From contig JANWVF010000033.1 of NCBI GenBank assembly GCA_025056965.1, positions 3,750 to 35,749 of the forward strand: a stretch of 32,000 nucleotides of DNA, read 5' to 3'. Position numbers and translations under genes: made by a program. The notes beneath the pieces were generated by a model. The model was not told the DNA's origin. It was given only the letters and a program-made list of their open reading frames with translations, and searched no databases. Positions 6,451 through 15,862 of this stretch are shown piece after piece (position 1 is the stretch's first letter; every line of letters starts with the position of its first letter). Source of the DNA: Thermoflexales bacterium (GTDB lineage: Bacteria > Chloroflexota > Anaerolineae > J036 > Brachytrichaceae).

Positions 6451-6987
6451 TTAGGGCAGTTGCTCGAGTGAGACTTTGCAGTTCCGTCCACCGGCGATAG
6501 ATCGTCCGAGGCGGGCGAGATTCGTTTGCGGTGACCAGCCGTAGATTTCACGACTCACCGTCCCTTGCGGCGAGATCAGCACCGTCTGAGGCACGCCTTC
6601 GACGCGATATAGATTGGCGATGGCTGCTTCGCGATCCATGATGGTCGAGAAGCTAATGCCGTGTCGCGCCATAAACTCGCGCACTGCCTCCTCTGAGTCG
6701 TCATACAAGTTCACACCGATGAAGACTACGCCCCGCTTGCGCAGCTGCTTGTGCGCTGACACAATCGCTGGCGTTTGGCGCTCACAGTATGGGCACCAGC
6801 TGGCGAAGAAGTAAAGCACAACCCCGCAACCCTTCAAGTTGCTGAGTTGGACGGCTCGCCCCTGCAAGTCCACCGATTGAAAGTCCGCTGCTGGGCTTTG
6901 AGCCTCGCCAGGCCGAGCGGCAAATGCTATGGAGATGATGGTTAAGAGCGAAAGGACTAGAGAACGGGTTTTGGTTGCGACTGACAT
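6451..6987 (-). CDS. Secreted TlpA/ResA-like thiol-disulfide oxidoreductase (redoxin)
   Basis: Thioredoxin-fold WCPYC active site, plus a signal-like N-terminus (MSVATKTRSLVLSLLTIISIAFAARPGEA) when started at ATG 6987, which follows AGGAGG. The track ORF extends to 7014. AT-richer than its neighbours. Confidence 0.85.
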   Translation of the reverse strand: MSVATKTRSLVLSLLTIISIAFAARPGEAQSPAADFQSVDLQGRAVQLSNLKGCGVVLYFFASWCPYCERQTPAIVSAHKQLRKRGVVFIGVNLYDDSEEAVREFMARHGISFSTIMDREAAIANLYRVEGVPQTVLISPQGTVSREIYGWSPQTNLARLGRSIAGGRNCKVSLEQLP

Positions 6988-7128
6988 ATGTAAAGAACCT
7001 CCTTTTTGGATCACTGAGCTTGGCCAATACCTCAGGCTGGTTTGGCACGCCCTCAGTGTATTTGCGAGCGGTACGGCTCACTTGACGACGGGCTGAGAGT
7101 TTTCTCCGCTGGCAGGTTGGATCGCGCA

Positions 7129-7158
7129 GCCGCGTCGCCGTTGCGCGGGCGACGCGGC
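7129..7158. other. Perfect 11-bp hairpin in the divergent intergenic region
   Basis: GCCGCGTCGCC (7129-7139) pairs with GGCGACGCGGC (7148-7158) across an 8-nt loop. It lies between the divergently oriented redoxin and lpdA genes, so it is not in a terminator position. Confidence 0.4.
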
Positions 7159-7394
7159 ATGCGTGCCGGCGCTCAGAAGGCTTCCGTCCATCTTGCCCCG
7201 CATCGAGCCGCCGGTCAGCTTTCGTCGCTGCGATCAGCGTCGGGTCGGCTGCGCTTCTCTTACTCTTGCAGGAGTAACTAACGACGGAGCAGCCGGGCTT
7301 GTATGGCACAGGGATGGGGTGGACGCAATCTCGGCCGATTTGCACTGCTGCGGTCGGTGAAGTTGCCTCAGGTGAGGGTGAGATAATCGCGCCT

Positions 7395-8837
7395 ATGGCA
7401 ACCGTCTCTGTCACATCCTCCAACGCCGCTCCGATGTTCGACGTCGCAGTGCTCGGTGCAGGCCCTGGTGGATACGTCGCCGCCATCCGCGCTGCGCAAC
7501 TCGGGTTGAAGGTCGCCTTGATCGAACGCGATCAGCTGGGTGGCGTTTGTTTGAACTGGGGGTGCATCCCTACGAAGGTGCTGTTGCGCAACGCCGAGGT
7601 TGTTGAGCTGATCAAGGACGGCGAGGCCTATGGCATCAGCTATGACAACCTGCGCGTGGACTATGCCAAGGCCTACAAGCGCAGCCGCGAGGTGAGCAAT
7701 CGTCTGGTGCGCGGCATCGAGTTCCTGATGAAGAAGAACGATGTCAAGGTGTTCATCGGCGAGGGGACGCTCATCGCCCCGAATGCCATCCTTGTCGAGC
7801 ATCGCGGCGAAGAACGCACGATCACGGCCGATCATCTGATCATCGCGACCGGCGCAAAGCCGCTGGTGTTGCCCTTCCTCAGGCCCGACGGCGTGCGGGT
7901 ATTCACCTATAGACAACTGCTCGAAGTGCAGCATGTCCCTAAGAGCATGGTGGTGATCGGCTCCGGCGCGATCGGCATGGAATTTGCTTACGTTTTCCAT
8001 GCCTATGGCTCGGAGGTAACCGTGCTGGAAGCGCTGCCGCGCATCATGCCGTTAGAGGACGAGGAGATCAGCGCCGAAATCACGCGCTCGTTCAACCGCA
8101 GAGGCATTAAGACGATCGCCGGTGCGAAGGTGACCGACGCTAAGGTCGGCATGGATGGCGTAGAGGTATTCTTTGAAACCGACAAGGGCAGGCAGTCCAT
8201 CAGGTCAGAGTGGGTGCTAGTCGCCGTGAGCGTGACGCCGAACACCGCGGGCATCGGCCTGGACAAGGTCGGCGTTCGGATGAACCAGGCCGGTTACGTC
8301 GAAGTGGACGATCACATGGCGACAAACGTAGCCGGCATCTACGCCATCGGTGACGTGACCGGCAAACTGCGGCTTGCGCACGTCGCTCAAGCCCAGGGCG
8401 TGGTGGCCGCCGAGTCCATCGCCGCCAAGATGGGCAAGTATCACGGTCACATCCCCAAGCTCGACTACGAGGCGATCCCGCGCTGCACCTACACCATCCC
8501 GCAAGTGGCGAGCATGGGTCTCTCGGAGGCGCAGGCCAAGGAGAGGGGATATGAGGTCAGAGTGGGCAAGTTTCCGCTGCGCGCCAACGGCAAGTCGCTG
8601 GCGTTGAACAACACCGAAGGCTTTATCAAAGTCGTGGCCGACGCGAAGTACGGTGAGATCCTCGGCGTGCACTGCATCGGGCCGGACGTGACCGAGCTGC
8701 TGCCGGAATTCGTGCTCGCCAAAAACGCCGAGCTGACGCCGGAGGAAATTGCCCGCGCCGTGCATGCTCACCCTACGCTGAGCGAGTCGCTGATGGAAGC
8801 CGCCGAGGGCGTTGTGGGGATGCCGATACATATCTAA
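7395..8837 (+). CDS. lpdA: Dihydrolipoyl dehydrogenase (E3)
   Basis: FDVAVLGAGPGGY FAD-binding fold, CLNWGCIPTK redox-active disulfide and HAHPTLSE near the C-terminus. Start placed at ATG 7395 (MATVSV...); the upstream 32 codons of the track ORF look non-coding. Confidence 0.92.
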   Translation: MATVSVTSSNAAPMFDVAVLGAGPGGYVAAIRAAQLGLKVALIERDQLGGVCLNWGCIPTKVLLRNAEVVELIKDGEAYGISYDNLRVDYAKAYKRSREVSNRLVRGIEFLMKKNDVKVFIGEGTLIAPNAILVEHRGEERTITADHLIIATGAKPLVLPFLRPDGVRVFTYRQLLEVQHVPKSMVVIGSGAIGMEFAYVFHAYGSEVTVLEALPRIMPLEDEEISAEITRSFNRRGIKTIAGAKVTDAKVGMDGVEVFFETDKGRQSIRSEWVLVAVSVTPNTAGIGLDKVGVRMNQAGYVEVDDHMATNVAGIYAIGDVTGKLRLAHVAQAQGVVAAESIAAKMGKYHGHIPKLDYEAIPRCTYTIPQVASMGLSEAQAKERGYEVRVGKFPLRANGKSLALNNTEGFIKVVADAKYGEILGVHCIGPDVTELLPEFVLAKNAELTPEEIARAVHAHPTLSESLMEAAEGVVGMPIHI

Positions 8838-8906
8838 GGGCCAGCGCGAGCACGTTTGCTGCATGCAGCGGCGATGGCCCGGGACGGCTCGTAGCCCGCA
8901 GCACAA

Positions 8907-11213
8907 ATGAGGAGAAGTGACCTAATCATCTTCGGCGTCCTCGTCGCCATGCTGTTCGCCGCGGTGGGCAGCGTCGTGGCGGCGGAGTGGATGCCGGGAC
9001 TGGGCGTGATCGCCTGGGCGGCAGGGCTGGGGCTGGTGGCCGGCGCTGCACTGTCCTACAGCAGCTTCCCGGGCTGGACGGCGCACCTGACTAGCACGGT
9101 TTATGGGCTGTTCGCGCTCGGTGTCATCGGCACGACGCATCCCAGCATTGCCGGAGAGACCGACGACTGGCGCCTGCGCACCGCGCTGCTCTTCCAAAAG
9201 ATCTTCGCCTGGGTCGGCGAGGCGCTGAACAACGGCGCCAGCCGTGAGCCGGTGATCTTCATCCTCCTGCTGAGCGGGCTGTTCTGGACGCTGGCCTACA
9301 CGGCAGCTTGGTACTCCTTCCGTCAACGGCGCATCTGGCACGTCATCCTGCCGACCGGCGTCGTGATGTTCTCCGACGTGTATTACTACGCGGGCCGGAA
9401 CTCGATGGCGCCGTTCTTGCTCATCTACTTGATGTGCGCGGTGACGCTGTTGGCGCTTTCGCATTTGGCCGAGCGCGAGGCCGGCTGGCTGCGGGCGCAC
9501 GTGCGTTTCTCGCCGATGCTCAGGCGGTGGTTCGTTGCCGGCGGCCTGCTGATCGCAGTGGTCGCCGGCCTGTTCGGGTGGCGCGTGGGCGAGACGACGC
9601 CCTCAACAGCCGGGCGCGACTTCCTCGAACAGCTCGACCGGCCCTATCGAGAGCTGCTCGCGCGCTGGAATCGGCTATTCGCCGACTTGAACAACAACGT
9701 CTCGCGGCAAGTGGATAGTTACGCTGCGTCGGTCACGCTCGGCGGTCCGCGCAACCTAACGCCCGAGCCGGTCATGGATGTGATCGCGCCGCCCGCGCGC
9801 TACTACTGGCGCGCCGCTAGCTACGACTACTACGACGGCTTGACCTGGCGGAACACCATCGAGACGACGACCAACGCCCAGCCGTTCGACGTCAATCTTC
9901 CGTTGGCCCGCTATGCCGAGCGCACGCCGGTGCAGGCCGACTTTACCCTCTACCGCGGAACCGATAGCATTTACGCCCCGTCGCAGCCGCTGCGCGCCAG
10001 CGTCGGCGCCCAGGCCGTCTTCGAGCAGGTGAGCAGAAGCGCCGTGGACCTGGTTCAACTCCGGTTGCCCGTGCCGCTGTTGGATGGAAACCGCTACACG
10101 GCGATCGGCTCGGTGAGCACTGCCAACGTTGAGCAACTGCGCGCCGCCTCGACGGATTACCCGACTTGGGTCGCGCGCTATCTGCAGTTGCCGCCCCAAG
10201 TGCCCGAGCGCGTGTTCGACCTAGCGCGCAACATCACCGCGCGCGCGCCCACGGCGTTCGACAAAGCGGCCGCCATCGAGAGCTGGCTGAGGGACAACAT
10301 CGCCTACGACGAACAGCTGCCTGCGCCGCCGTCGGGCGTGGAGGCCAGCGACTATGTGCTCTTCGATGTGCGGCGCGCATACTGCAACTACTATGCGACG
10401 GCGATGGTGACGATGCTGCGCTCGCTCGGCATCCCCTCGCGCGTGGCCGTGGGCTATGCCCAGGGCGAAATGTCGCTCGACCCTAACGCCGCCGATCGCG
10501 CGCTCTATCGCGTCAAGGGTGACGATAGCCACATGTGGGTGGAGGTGTTCTTCCCCGAATACGGCTGGGTCGAGTTCGAGCCGACGGCCGGCCAACCGCC
10601 CATCGAACGGTTCGCGCCGCAGGCCGAAGCCACGCCTACCCCCATGCCGACGTTGCCGCCGCCGACCCCCACGCCACAGCCGGAAGCGACGGAGGAAGCC
10701 GCAGCGTCGGTCGCCACGCCTACGCCGGAGCCACAACCCACACAATCTCAAATGCCGCCTACGCCGTCCCCTGCGGCAAGTTCTGGCCCGGCACCCAGCA
10801 GCCCTCCCGAAGTCCTCGACCGGCTGCGCAACAGCGGGCTGCCCTATCTGCTGCTGATCCCGCTGCTGATCGCCGCAGGGCTGGGCGCGCTGCGCTACAT
10901 CGAGGGTGCAGGGCTCGGCAAGCTGCCGGCGGTCGAGCGTGCCTATGCCCTGGTCAGCCGTTACGCCGGATGGCTCGGCATCGGTAGGCAGGGACACTTC
11001 ACGCCGTATGAGCAGGCTCAGGCACTGGCGCAGCGCGCGCCGCAAGCGCAGGCGCCGGTGCAGCGCATCACCGAGCTGTATGTGCGCAAGCGGTTCGCAC
11101 CACCCCAGGAAGCCCACCATCGGGACGACGACGTAGAAGCGTTGTCGGCCTGGGCACAAGCGCGCGGCTATCTGCGCCGGGCGCTGCTGCGGACGCGCTT
11201 TGGGAAGAGGTAG
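8907..11213 (+). CDS. Transglutaminase-like membrane protein (TgpA-like architecture)
   Basis: 768 aa. N-terminal multi-helix membrane region; core CNYYATAMVTMLRSLGIP...HMWVEVFF...GWVEFEPT (Cys-His, with Glu where I expect the family Asp); Pro/Thr-rich linker; another hydrophobic helix; C-terminal domain. Confidence 0.85.
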   Translation: MRRSDLIIFGVLVAMLFAAVGSVVAAEWMPGLGVIAWAAGLGLVAGAALSYSSFPGWTAHLTSTVYGLFALGVIGTTHPSIAGETDDWRLRTALLFQKIFAWVGEALNNGASREPVIFILLLSGLFWTLAYTAAWYSFRQRRIWHVILPTGVVMFSDVYYYAGRNSMAPFLLIYLMCAVTLLALSHLAEREAGWLRAHVRFSPMLRRWFVAGGLLIAVVAGLFGWRVGETTPSTAGRDFLEQLDRPYRELLARWNRLFADLNNNVSRQVDSYAASVTLGGPRNLTPEPVMDVIAPPARYYWRAASYDYYDGLTWRNTIETTTNAQPFDVNLPLARYAERTPVQADFTLYRGTDSIYAPSQPLRASVGAQAVFEQVSRSAVDLVQLRLPVPLLDGNRYTAIGSVSTANVEQLRAASTDYPTWVARYLQLPPQVPERVFDLARNITARAPTAFDKAAAIESWLRDNIAYDEQLPAPPSGVEASDYVLFDVRRAYCNYYATAMVTMLRSLGIPSRVAVGYAQGEMSLDPNAADRALYRVKGDDSHMWVEVFFPEYGWVEFEPTAGQPPIERFAPQAEATPTPMPTLPPPTPTPQPEATEEAAASVATPTPEPQPTQSQMPPTPSPAASSGPAPSSPPEVLDRLRNSGLPYLLLIPLLIAAGLGALRYIEGAGLGKLPAVERAYALVSRYAGWLGIGRQGHFTPYEQAQALAQRAPQAQAPVQRITELYVRKRFAPPQEAHHRDDDVEALSAWAQARGYLRRALLRTRFGKR

Positions 11214-11234
11214 TGCAGCGTGCTTCGGCGCGAT

Positions 11235-12533
11235 TTACGCCATCGTGACCACGCACCCGTGCTTGCGTGCTTCTTCCGCTGCGAACGCGAGTAGGTGGCT
11301 CTCCAGCGAGACGCGGGCGGTGGTTTGATGCTTCGTGTGCTCGCCGTTCAGCGCTTTTACGAAGTCGCGCATTAGGCCGAAGTCGCCGCCGCCGTGGCCG
11401 CCGGCGCCGGTGCTAGGGTGGATGACCTCTTCCCTCAAGCTGCCGTGATCCACGATGCGCAAGGTGTGCGGCCGGCCTTCGCTGAAGTCGCCGTAGAGCG
11501 TCGCGCGGGTGCCATCCCAGCGCATCGTCCGGCCTTCACGATCGCTGTGGCCGTGCATGGTGAACGTGCAGGTCGCGCCGCCCTCGAACTCCAGGTTGAG
11601 CGTCTGGTGATCCACTACGTCGTTGTCGCAGTGATACACGCAGCGGCCGTAGGGGCTGGTCTTTAACTTCTCCCAGCGCTCCTCCGGGGAGGTGTGAGAC
11701 ATGTCCGCAGCGGTGAGCATGAAGCCAAGCGTCTCGAATGGCTCGAGCTTCGAGCGGCGGTAGATGTCGGCGTCGTATAGGCGCGGCGCATACCAGGGGC
11801 AGGTTGCTTCGATCGGGCAGCCATCGGTGCAGCGCGGCGGGATCGGGCGATCGCTCAGCTCGGCGACGCGCTCGATGCGGTAGTGCATCAGCGAGCCGAA
11901 CGACGAGAGCCGCGTCACGCGCCGACCCATCACCCAGACCAAGATGTCCAGGTCATGACAGCACTTGGCGAGGATCATCGGAGATGAATGCGCCTCGTTG
12001 CGCCAGTTGCCGCGCACAAAGCTGTGGCTCATGTGCCAGTAGCTCACGTTCTCGCGGTGGTCAATCGTCACGATGCGCCCCAGGCGTCCGCTGTTCACGA
12101 TGTCGTAGAGCGCGGTGAAGAAGGCGGTATAGCGAAGCACGTGACAGATCTGCAGCATGCGCCCCAGCTGCTCGGCGGCTTCCACCAGCGCGATGCATTC
12201 GTCGCGAGAGGGCGCGATGGGCTTCTCCAGCAACACATCGTAGCCGGCGCGCAGCAGCGCCAGGGTGCTGGCGTGGTGCATGCGATCCTGGGTGCAATTC
12301 ACTGCGGCGCGTGCCAACTGCGGGCGCGCCACCAGCTCCTCCCACGAGGCGAACTGCATCTCGGCCGGGATGTTATGCTGCGTTGCGAAACGCGCGCGCC
12401 GCGCAGCATCCGGCTCGGCGACGGCGATGAAGCGGATCTCGTCTGGATGCTGCAGGGCGTATGGCCCGTAGGACCAAATCGCGCGGTTGCCTGCGCCGAT
12501 CATGACGGCTTCAACGAGCGCCAAAGTCGTCAC
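11235..12533 (-). CDS. Gfo/Idh/MocA-family NAD(P)-dependent oxidoreductase
   Basis: 432 aa with an N-terminal Rossmann fold (VMIGAGNRA...IRFIAVAEPD) and an EKP motif (LLEKPIAPS) typical of the family. Confidence 0.85.
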   Translation of the reverse strand: MTTLALVEAVMIGAGNRAIWSYGPYALQHPDEIRFIAVAEPDAARRARFATQHNIPAEMQFASWEELVARPQLARAAVNCTQDRMHHASTLALLRAGYDVLLEKPIAPSRDECIALVEAAEQLGRMLQICHVLRYTAFFTALYDIVNSGRLGRIVTIDHRENVSYWHMSHSFVRGNWRNEAHSSPMILAKCCHDLDILVWVMGRRVTRLSSFGSLMHYRIERVAELSDRPIPPRCTDGCPIEATCPWYAPRLYDADIYRRSKLEPFETLGFMLTAADMSHTSPEERWEKLKTSPYGRCVYHCDNDVVDHQTLNLEFEGGATCTFTMHGHSDREGRTMRWDGTRATLYGDFSEGRPHTLRIVDHGSLREEVIHPSTGAGGHGGGDFGLMRDFVKALNGEHTKHQTTARVSLESHLLAFAAEEARKHGCVVTMA

Positions 12534-12566
12534 CTCCCCGGTAATTAAGACATTCCATTCACGCCA

Positions 12567-13634
12567 TCACAACGTGAACTGCGCAAACGCATCTACCACC
12601 GGCTTGATATCGTCCATCAGCGGGTAGAGGATAGGACAGGTGACGCCGGCGGCGACATACTCGCGCACCTTCGCCACGCACTCCTCGCTGGTGCCCACGG
12701 CCATCAACATGCGCGGCACGTCGTCGGGGATGACTTTGGCCGCGGCGATGTATTCCGCTTCGGTGGCCGGCCAGCCCATCACGCTTTGCACCTTGGCGAT
12801 GAGGTCCTCCGGCACGCCGCTGGCCTTCATGATGTGGGGCTCGGTGGCGAGGTAATAGGCGACCAGCTTCTTGGCCTCGAAATAGGCGGCCTGCGGGTTG
12901 TCATCGCTGAGCGAACACACCAGCAATTCCGGCCGATCAATTTGATCAATCGTCTTGCCCGCCTTGGCCGCACCTTTGGCCACCAGTTCAACGGCGCGCT
13001 TGATGTAGTCCACGCTCACGACGTAGTTCAGCACGACGCCGTCGCAGATTTCCCCGCTTAGTTCGAGCATCTTGTCGCCGGTCGCGCCGATGTAGATCGG
13101 GATGTCGCGCGGCCGGGTGTCGCCGAACACTACGTCGAGCTTGACCCGGTCGAGCTTGACGAAGTCGCCTTGATAGGTCACCTCTTCCATCGTGAAGAGC
13201 TGCCGAATGGCTTCGACATACTCGCGCATCGCCTGCAGTGGGCGCTCGCGCTTGACGCCGACGCGCCCGGCGATCGGCTCCCACCACGCGCCCAAACCGA
13301 GCATGACGCGGCTCGGCGCATCAGGATCGCCGCTGACCTGCTTGCCCAGCTCCCACATCGTGCTCCACGTGGCGGCAATGACGGCCGGGTTGCGCGTCCA
13401 AATCGGCAACACGCCGCTGCCGATGCGCAGCTTCTTCGTGCGCGTCAGGAACGCACTCATCATCACGATGCAATCGCGCGCCAAGCGGGTATCGGCCTGC
13501 CAGATCTCCGAGAAACCCTGGGCTTCGGCGTATTCGGCCATCTCCAGCTCGTAGCCTAGGGGGTGCTTATCCTGCATGTAGAGAGCAAATCGGGGCTGCT
13601 TAGGTGTAGGAAGAACGTTCGCCATAGCGGGCAA
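12567..13634 (-). CDS. LLM-class (luciferase-like) flavin/F420-dependent oxidoreductase
   Basis: 355 aa. The layout (RFALYM...[16 protein letters not shown]...GLGAWWEP...) is typical of the luciferase-like monooxygenase superfamily. Cofactor not determinable. Confidence 0.8.
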   Translation of the reverse strand: MPAMANVLPTPKQPRFALYMQDKHPLGYELEMAEYAEAQGFSEIWQADTRLARDCIVMMSAFLTRTKKLRIGSGVLPIWTRNPAVIAATWSTMWELGKQVSGDPDAPSRVMLGLGAWWEPIAGRVGVKRERPLQAMREYVEAIRQLFTMEEVTYQGDFVKLDRVKLDVVFGDTRPRDIPIYIGATGDKMLELSGEICDGVVLNYVVSVDYIKRAVELVAKGAAKAGKTIDQIDRPELLVCSLSDDNPQAAYFEAKKLVAYYLATEPHIMKASGVPEDLIAKVQSVMGWPATEAEYIAAAKVIPDDVPRMLMAVGTSEECVAKVREYVAAGVTCPILYPLMDDIKPVVDAFAQFTL

Positions 13635-13836
13635 TCATAGCGTCAGTCGCAGTGAGCTGCGCCGCTGTGAGGCGGCTTTCGACGGCGCGATCGGCCGACC
13701 GCTGTATCTTTGGCTTGAGCATCCCCGCGACTGATTTTTGTGCCGGCGGCGTGGCTATAATCTCGCCGTCGTTCAACCATTGCAATAAGCGACCTACGAC
13801 GCCCTGATGCATCGGGCGTCCGACGGGAACCTCGCC

Positions 13837-15825
13837 ATGAGCAACTACACATCCTTCGATCAAGCCTGTGCCAACGTCATCCGCACGCTGACGCTCGATG
13901 CCGTGCAGACGGCAAATTCCGGCCACCCCGGCATGCCGTTGGGCATGGCCGACGTCGCGTATGTGCTCTACGCCAAGTTCATGCGCTTCAACCCCCGCAA
14001 CCCGAAGTGGTTCGACCGCGATCGCTTCATCGTCTCGGCGGGCCACGGCTCGATGCTGCCGTATGCCATTTTGCATCTCACCGGCTACGAAGCGATGACC
14101 CTAGACGAGATCAAGCGCTTTCGACAGTATGGCAGCATCACGCCCGGCCATCCGGAGAATCACCTGACGCCGGGCATCGAAGTGACCACCGGCCCGCTGG
14201 GCAGCGGCACGGCCAACAGCGTGGGCATGGCGCTGGCCGAGGCGTGGCTGGCGGCCAAATACAACCGCGATGGGTTCAACATCGTGGATCACTACACCTA
14301 TGCGATCGTCAGCGACGGCGACCTGATGGAAGGTGTGAGCCATGAGGCGGCCTCGCTGGCCGGCCACCTCGGCCTAGGCAAATTGATTTGGTTCTACGAT
14401 GACAACGCGGTCACCATTGACGGCCCAACGTCGCTGGCCTACAGCGACGATGTGCCGAAGCGATTCGAGGCTTACGGGTGGCACACCATCACCGTTGACG
14501 CGCACAACATGGCCGAGGTCGAGGCTGCGATTCACGAGGCGCGGGCCGTGACCGACAAGCCGACGTTGATCTCCTGTAAGAGCATCATCGGGAAGGGCAT
14601 GCCCCACCGCCAGGGGACGCGCGAGGCGCACAGCGATGCCCCCGGCTGGGACGAAGTGCGGGCGGCCAAGCTGGCCTACGGCGCAGATCCCGATAAGACG
14701 TTCTACATCCCCGACGACGTGTTGCAGGCATGGCGCGCGATCGGCGAGCGCGCCGCGCGAGCTGAAGCCGAATGGCAAGCCAAGTTTGAGGCGTATCGCC
14801 GCGCATACCCCGACTGCGCCCGCGAGTTGGAAGACGCCATCGCCGGCCGACTGCCTGATGACTGGGCCAACGTACTGCCGGAATTCGACCCCTCGGCCAA
14901 GCCAATGGCGACGCGCGCCGCCAGCGGCGCGGTGATCAACGCGATCGTCGGCAAGTTGCCGACCTTGCTCGGTGGCTCGGCGGATCTCACGCCGTCGAAC
15001 AACACCCAGCCGAAGGAAGCCAGACCTCTGCGCAAAGGCGACTTGGGCGGGCGCTACATTCACTACGGCGTGCGCGAGCACGGCATGGCCGGCATCATGA
15101 ACGGCATGGCGCTGCACGGGGCGATCCTCCCCTATGGCGGCACATTCTTCTGCTTCAGCGACTTCATGCGTCCGGCCATCCGCTTGGCGGCGTTGAGCGG
15201 GGCGCACTCGATCTTCGTCTTTACGCACGACAGCATCGGCTTGGGCGAGGATGGGCCGACCCACCAGCCAATCGAGCAGTTGGCCAGCTTGCGCGCTATG
15301 CCGAACCTGCTGACCTTGCGACCGGCCGACGCCAACGAGACGTCTGCTGCGTGGAAGGTGGCCGTCGAGTGGAAGCATGGGCCGGTGGCACTGTTGCTGA
15401 CGCGCCAGGCCGTGCCGGTTTTGCCGAAGAAGATGGGTTTTGAGCGCGGCGCATACGTGATCCACGATGTGGACGATCCGCAGATTGCGCTGGTGGCCAG
15501 CGGCTCCGAAGTGAGCTTGGCCCTGGACGCGGCGAAGGCGCTGGCCGAGAAAGGTGTGCGGGCGCGCGTCGTGTCCTTCCCGTCGTGGGAGCTGTTTGAC
15601 CTGCAAGATCCAGCCTATCGCCAGTCGGTGCTGCCGTTCGAGCTGCCGAAGGTGGTGATCGAGGCCGGCGTGTCGCAAGGCTGGGAGCGCTACACCGGCC
15701 CGCTGGTGCGCTTCGTCGCACTCGACAATCGCTTTGGCGCGTCAGCGCCTTTCAAAGATGTTTACAGGAACCTCGGCTTCACCGTCGAGCGCGTGGTGGA
15801 ACAAGCGATGGCGCTGTTGAGCTGA
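13837..15825 (+). CDS. tkt: Transketolase
   Basis: Motifs [28 protein letters not shown] and [16 protein letters not shown]. Start placed at ATG 13837 (MSNYTSF...). Confidence 0.95.
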   Translation: MSNYTSFDQACANVIRTLTLDAVQTANSGHPGMPLGMADVAYVLYAKFMRFNPRNPKWFDRDRFIVSAGHGSMLPYAILHLTGYEAMTLDEIKRFRQYGSITPGHPENHLTPGIEVTTGPLGSGTANSVGMALAEAWLAAKYNRDGFNIVDHYTYAIVSDGDLMEGVSHEAASLAGHLGLGKLIWFYDDNAVTIDGPTSLAYSDDVPKRFEAYGWHTITVDAHNMAEVEAAIHEARAVTDKPTLISCKSIIGKGMPHRQGTREAHSDAPGWDEVRAAKLAYGADPDKTFYIPDDVLQAWRAIGERAARAEAEWQAKFEAYRRAYPDCARELEDAIAGRLPDDWANVLPEFDPSAKPMATRAASGAVINAIVGKLPTLLGGSADLTPSNNTQPKEARPLRKGDLGGRYIHYGVREHGMAGIMNGMALHGAILPYGGTFFCFSDFMRPAIRLAALSGAHSIFVFTHDSIGLGEDGPTHQPIEQLASLRAMPNLLTLRPADANETSAAWKVAVEWKHGPVALLLTRQAVPVLPKKMGFERGAYVIHDVDDPQIALVASGSEVSLALDAAKALAEKGVRARVVSFPSWELFDLQDPAYRQSVLPFELPKVVIEAGVSQGWERYTGPLVRFVALDNRFGASAPFKDVYRNLGFTVERVVEQAMALLS

Positions 15826-15862
15826 TGCCCATCACCCGCTAGGTTGGATCGTCCTCCTGCGT

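Noticed and set aside
7299-7394. The first 32 codons of the track ORF for lpdA. Similar short extensions occur for tkt (13807-13836), the TPR gene (26770-26886) and the redoxin gene (6988-7014).
   Set aside because: The family-typical N-termini or signal peptide begin at internal ATGs with better upstream signals. The extensions have non-coding-like composition.
10620-10830. Repetitive CCx/ACx-rich DNA, considered as a non-coding repeat.
   Set aside because: It encodes an in-frame Pro/Thr-rich linker of the transglutaminase-like protein.
14374-15678. Long antisense or out-of-frame ORFs inside well-supported genes, for example 14374-15678 (-) in tkt, 29179-30381 (-) in gltX, 19120-20406 (+), 23329-24651 (+), 10221-11159 (-), 21289-22197 (-), 16352-17490 (-) and 8217-8906 (-).
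   Set aside because: They are Arg/Ala/Gly/Pro-rich with no recognisable motifs, and they lie opposite or out of frame to genes with clear family signatures. This is the expected stop-codon-poor artefact of a high-GC genome.
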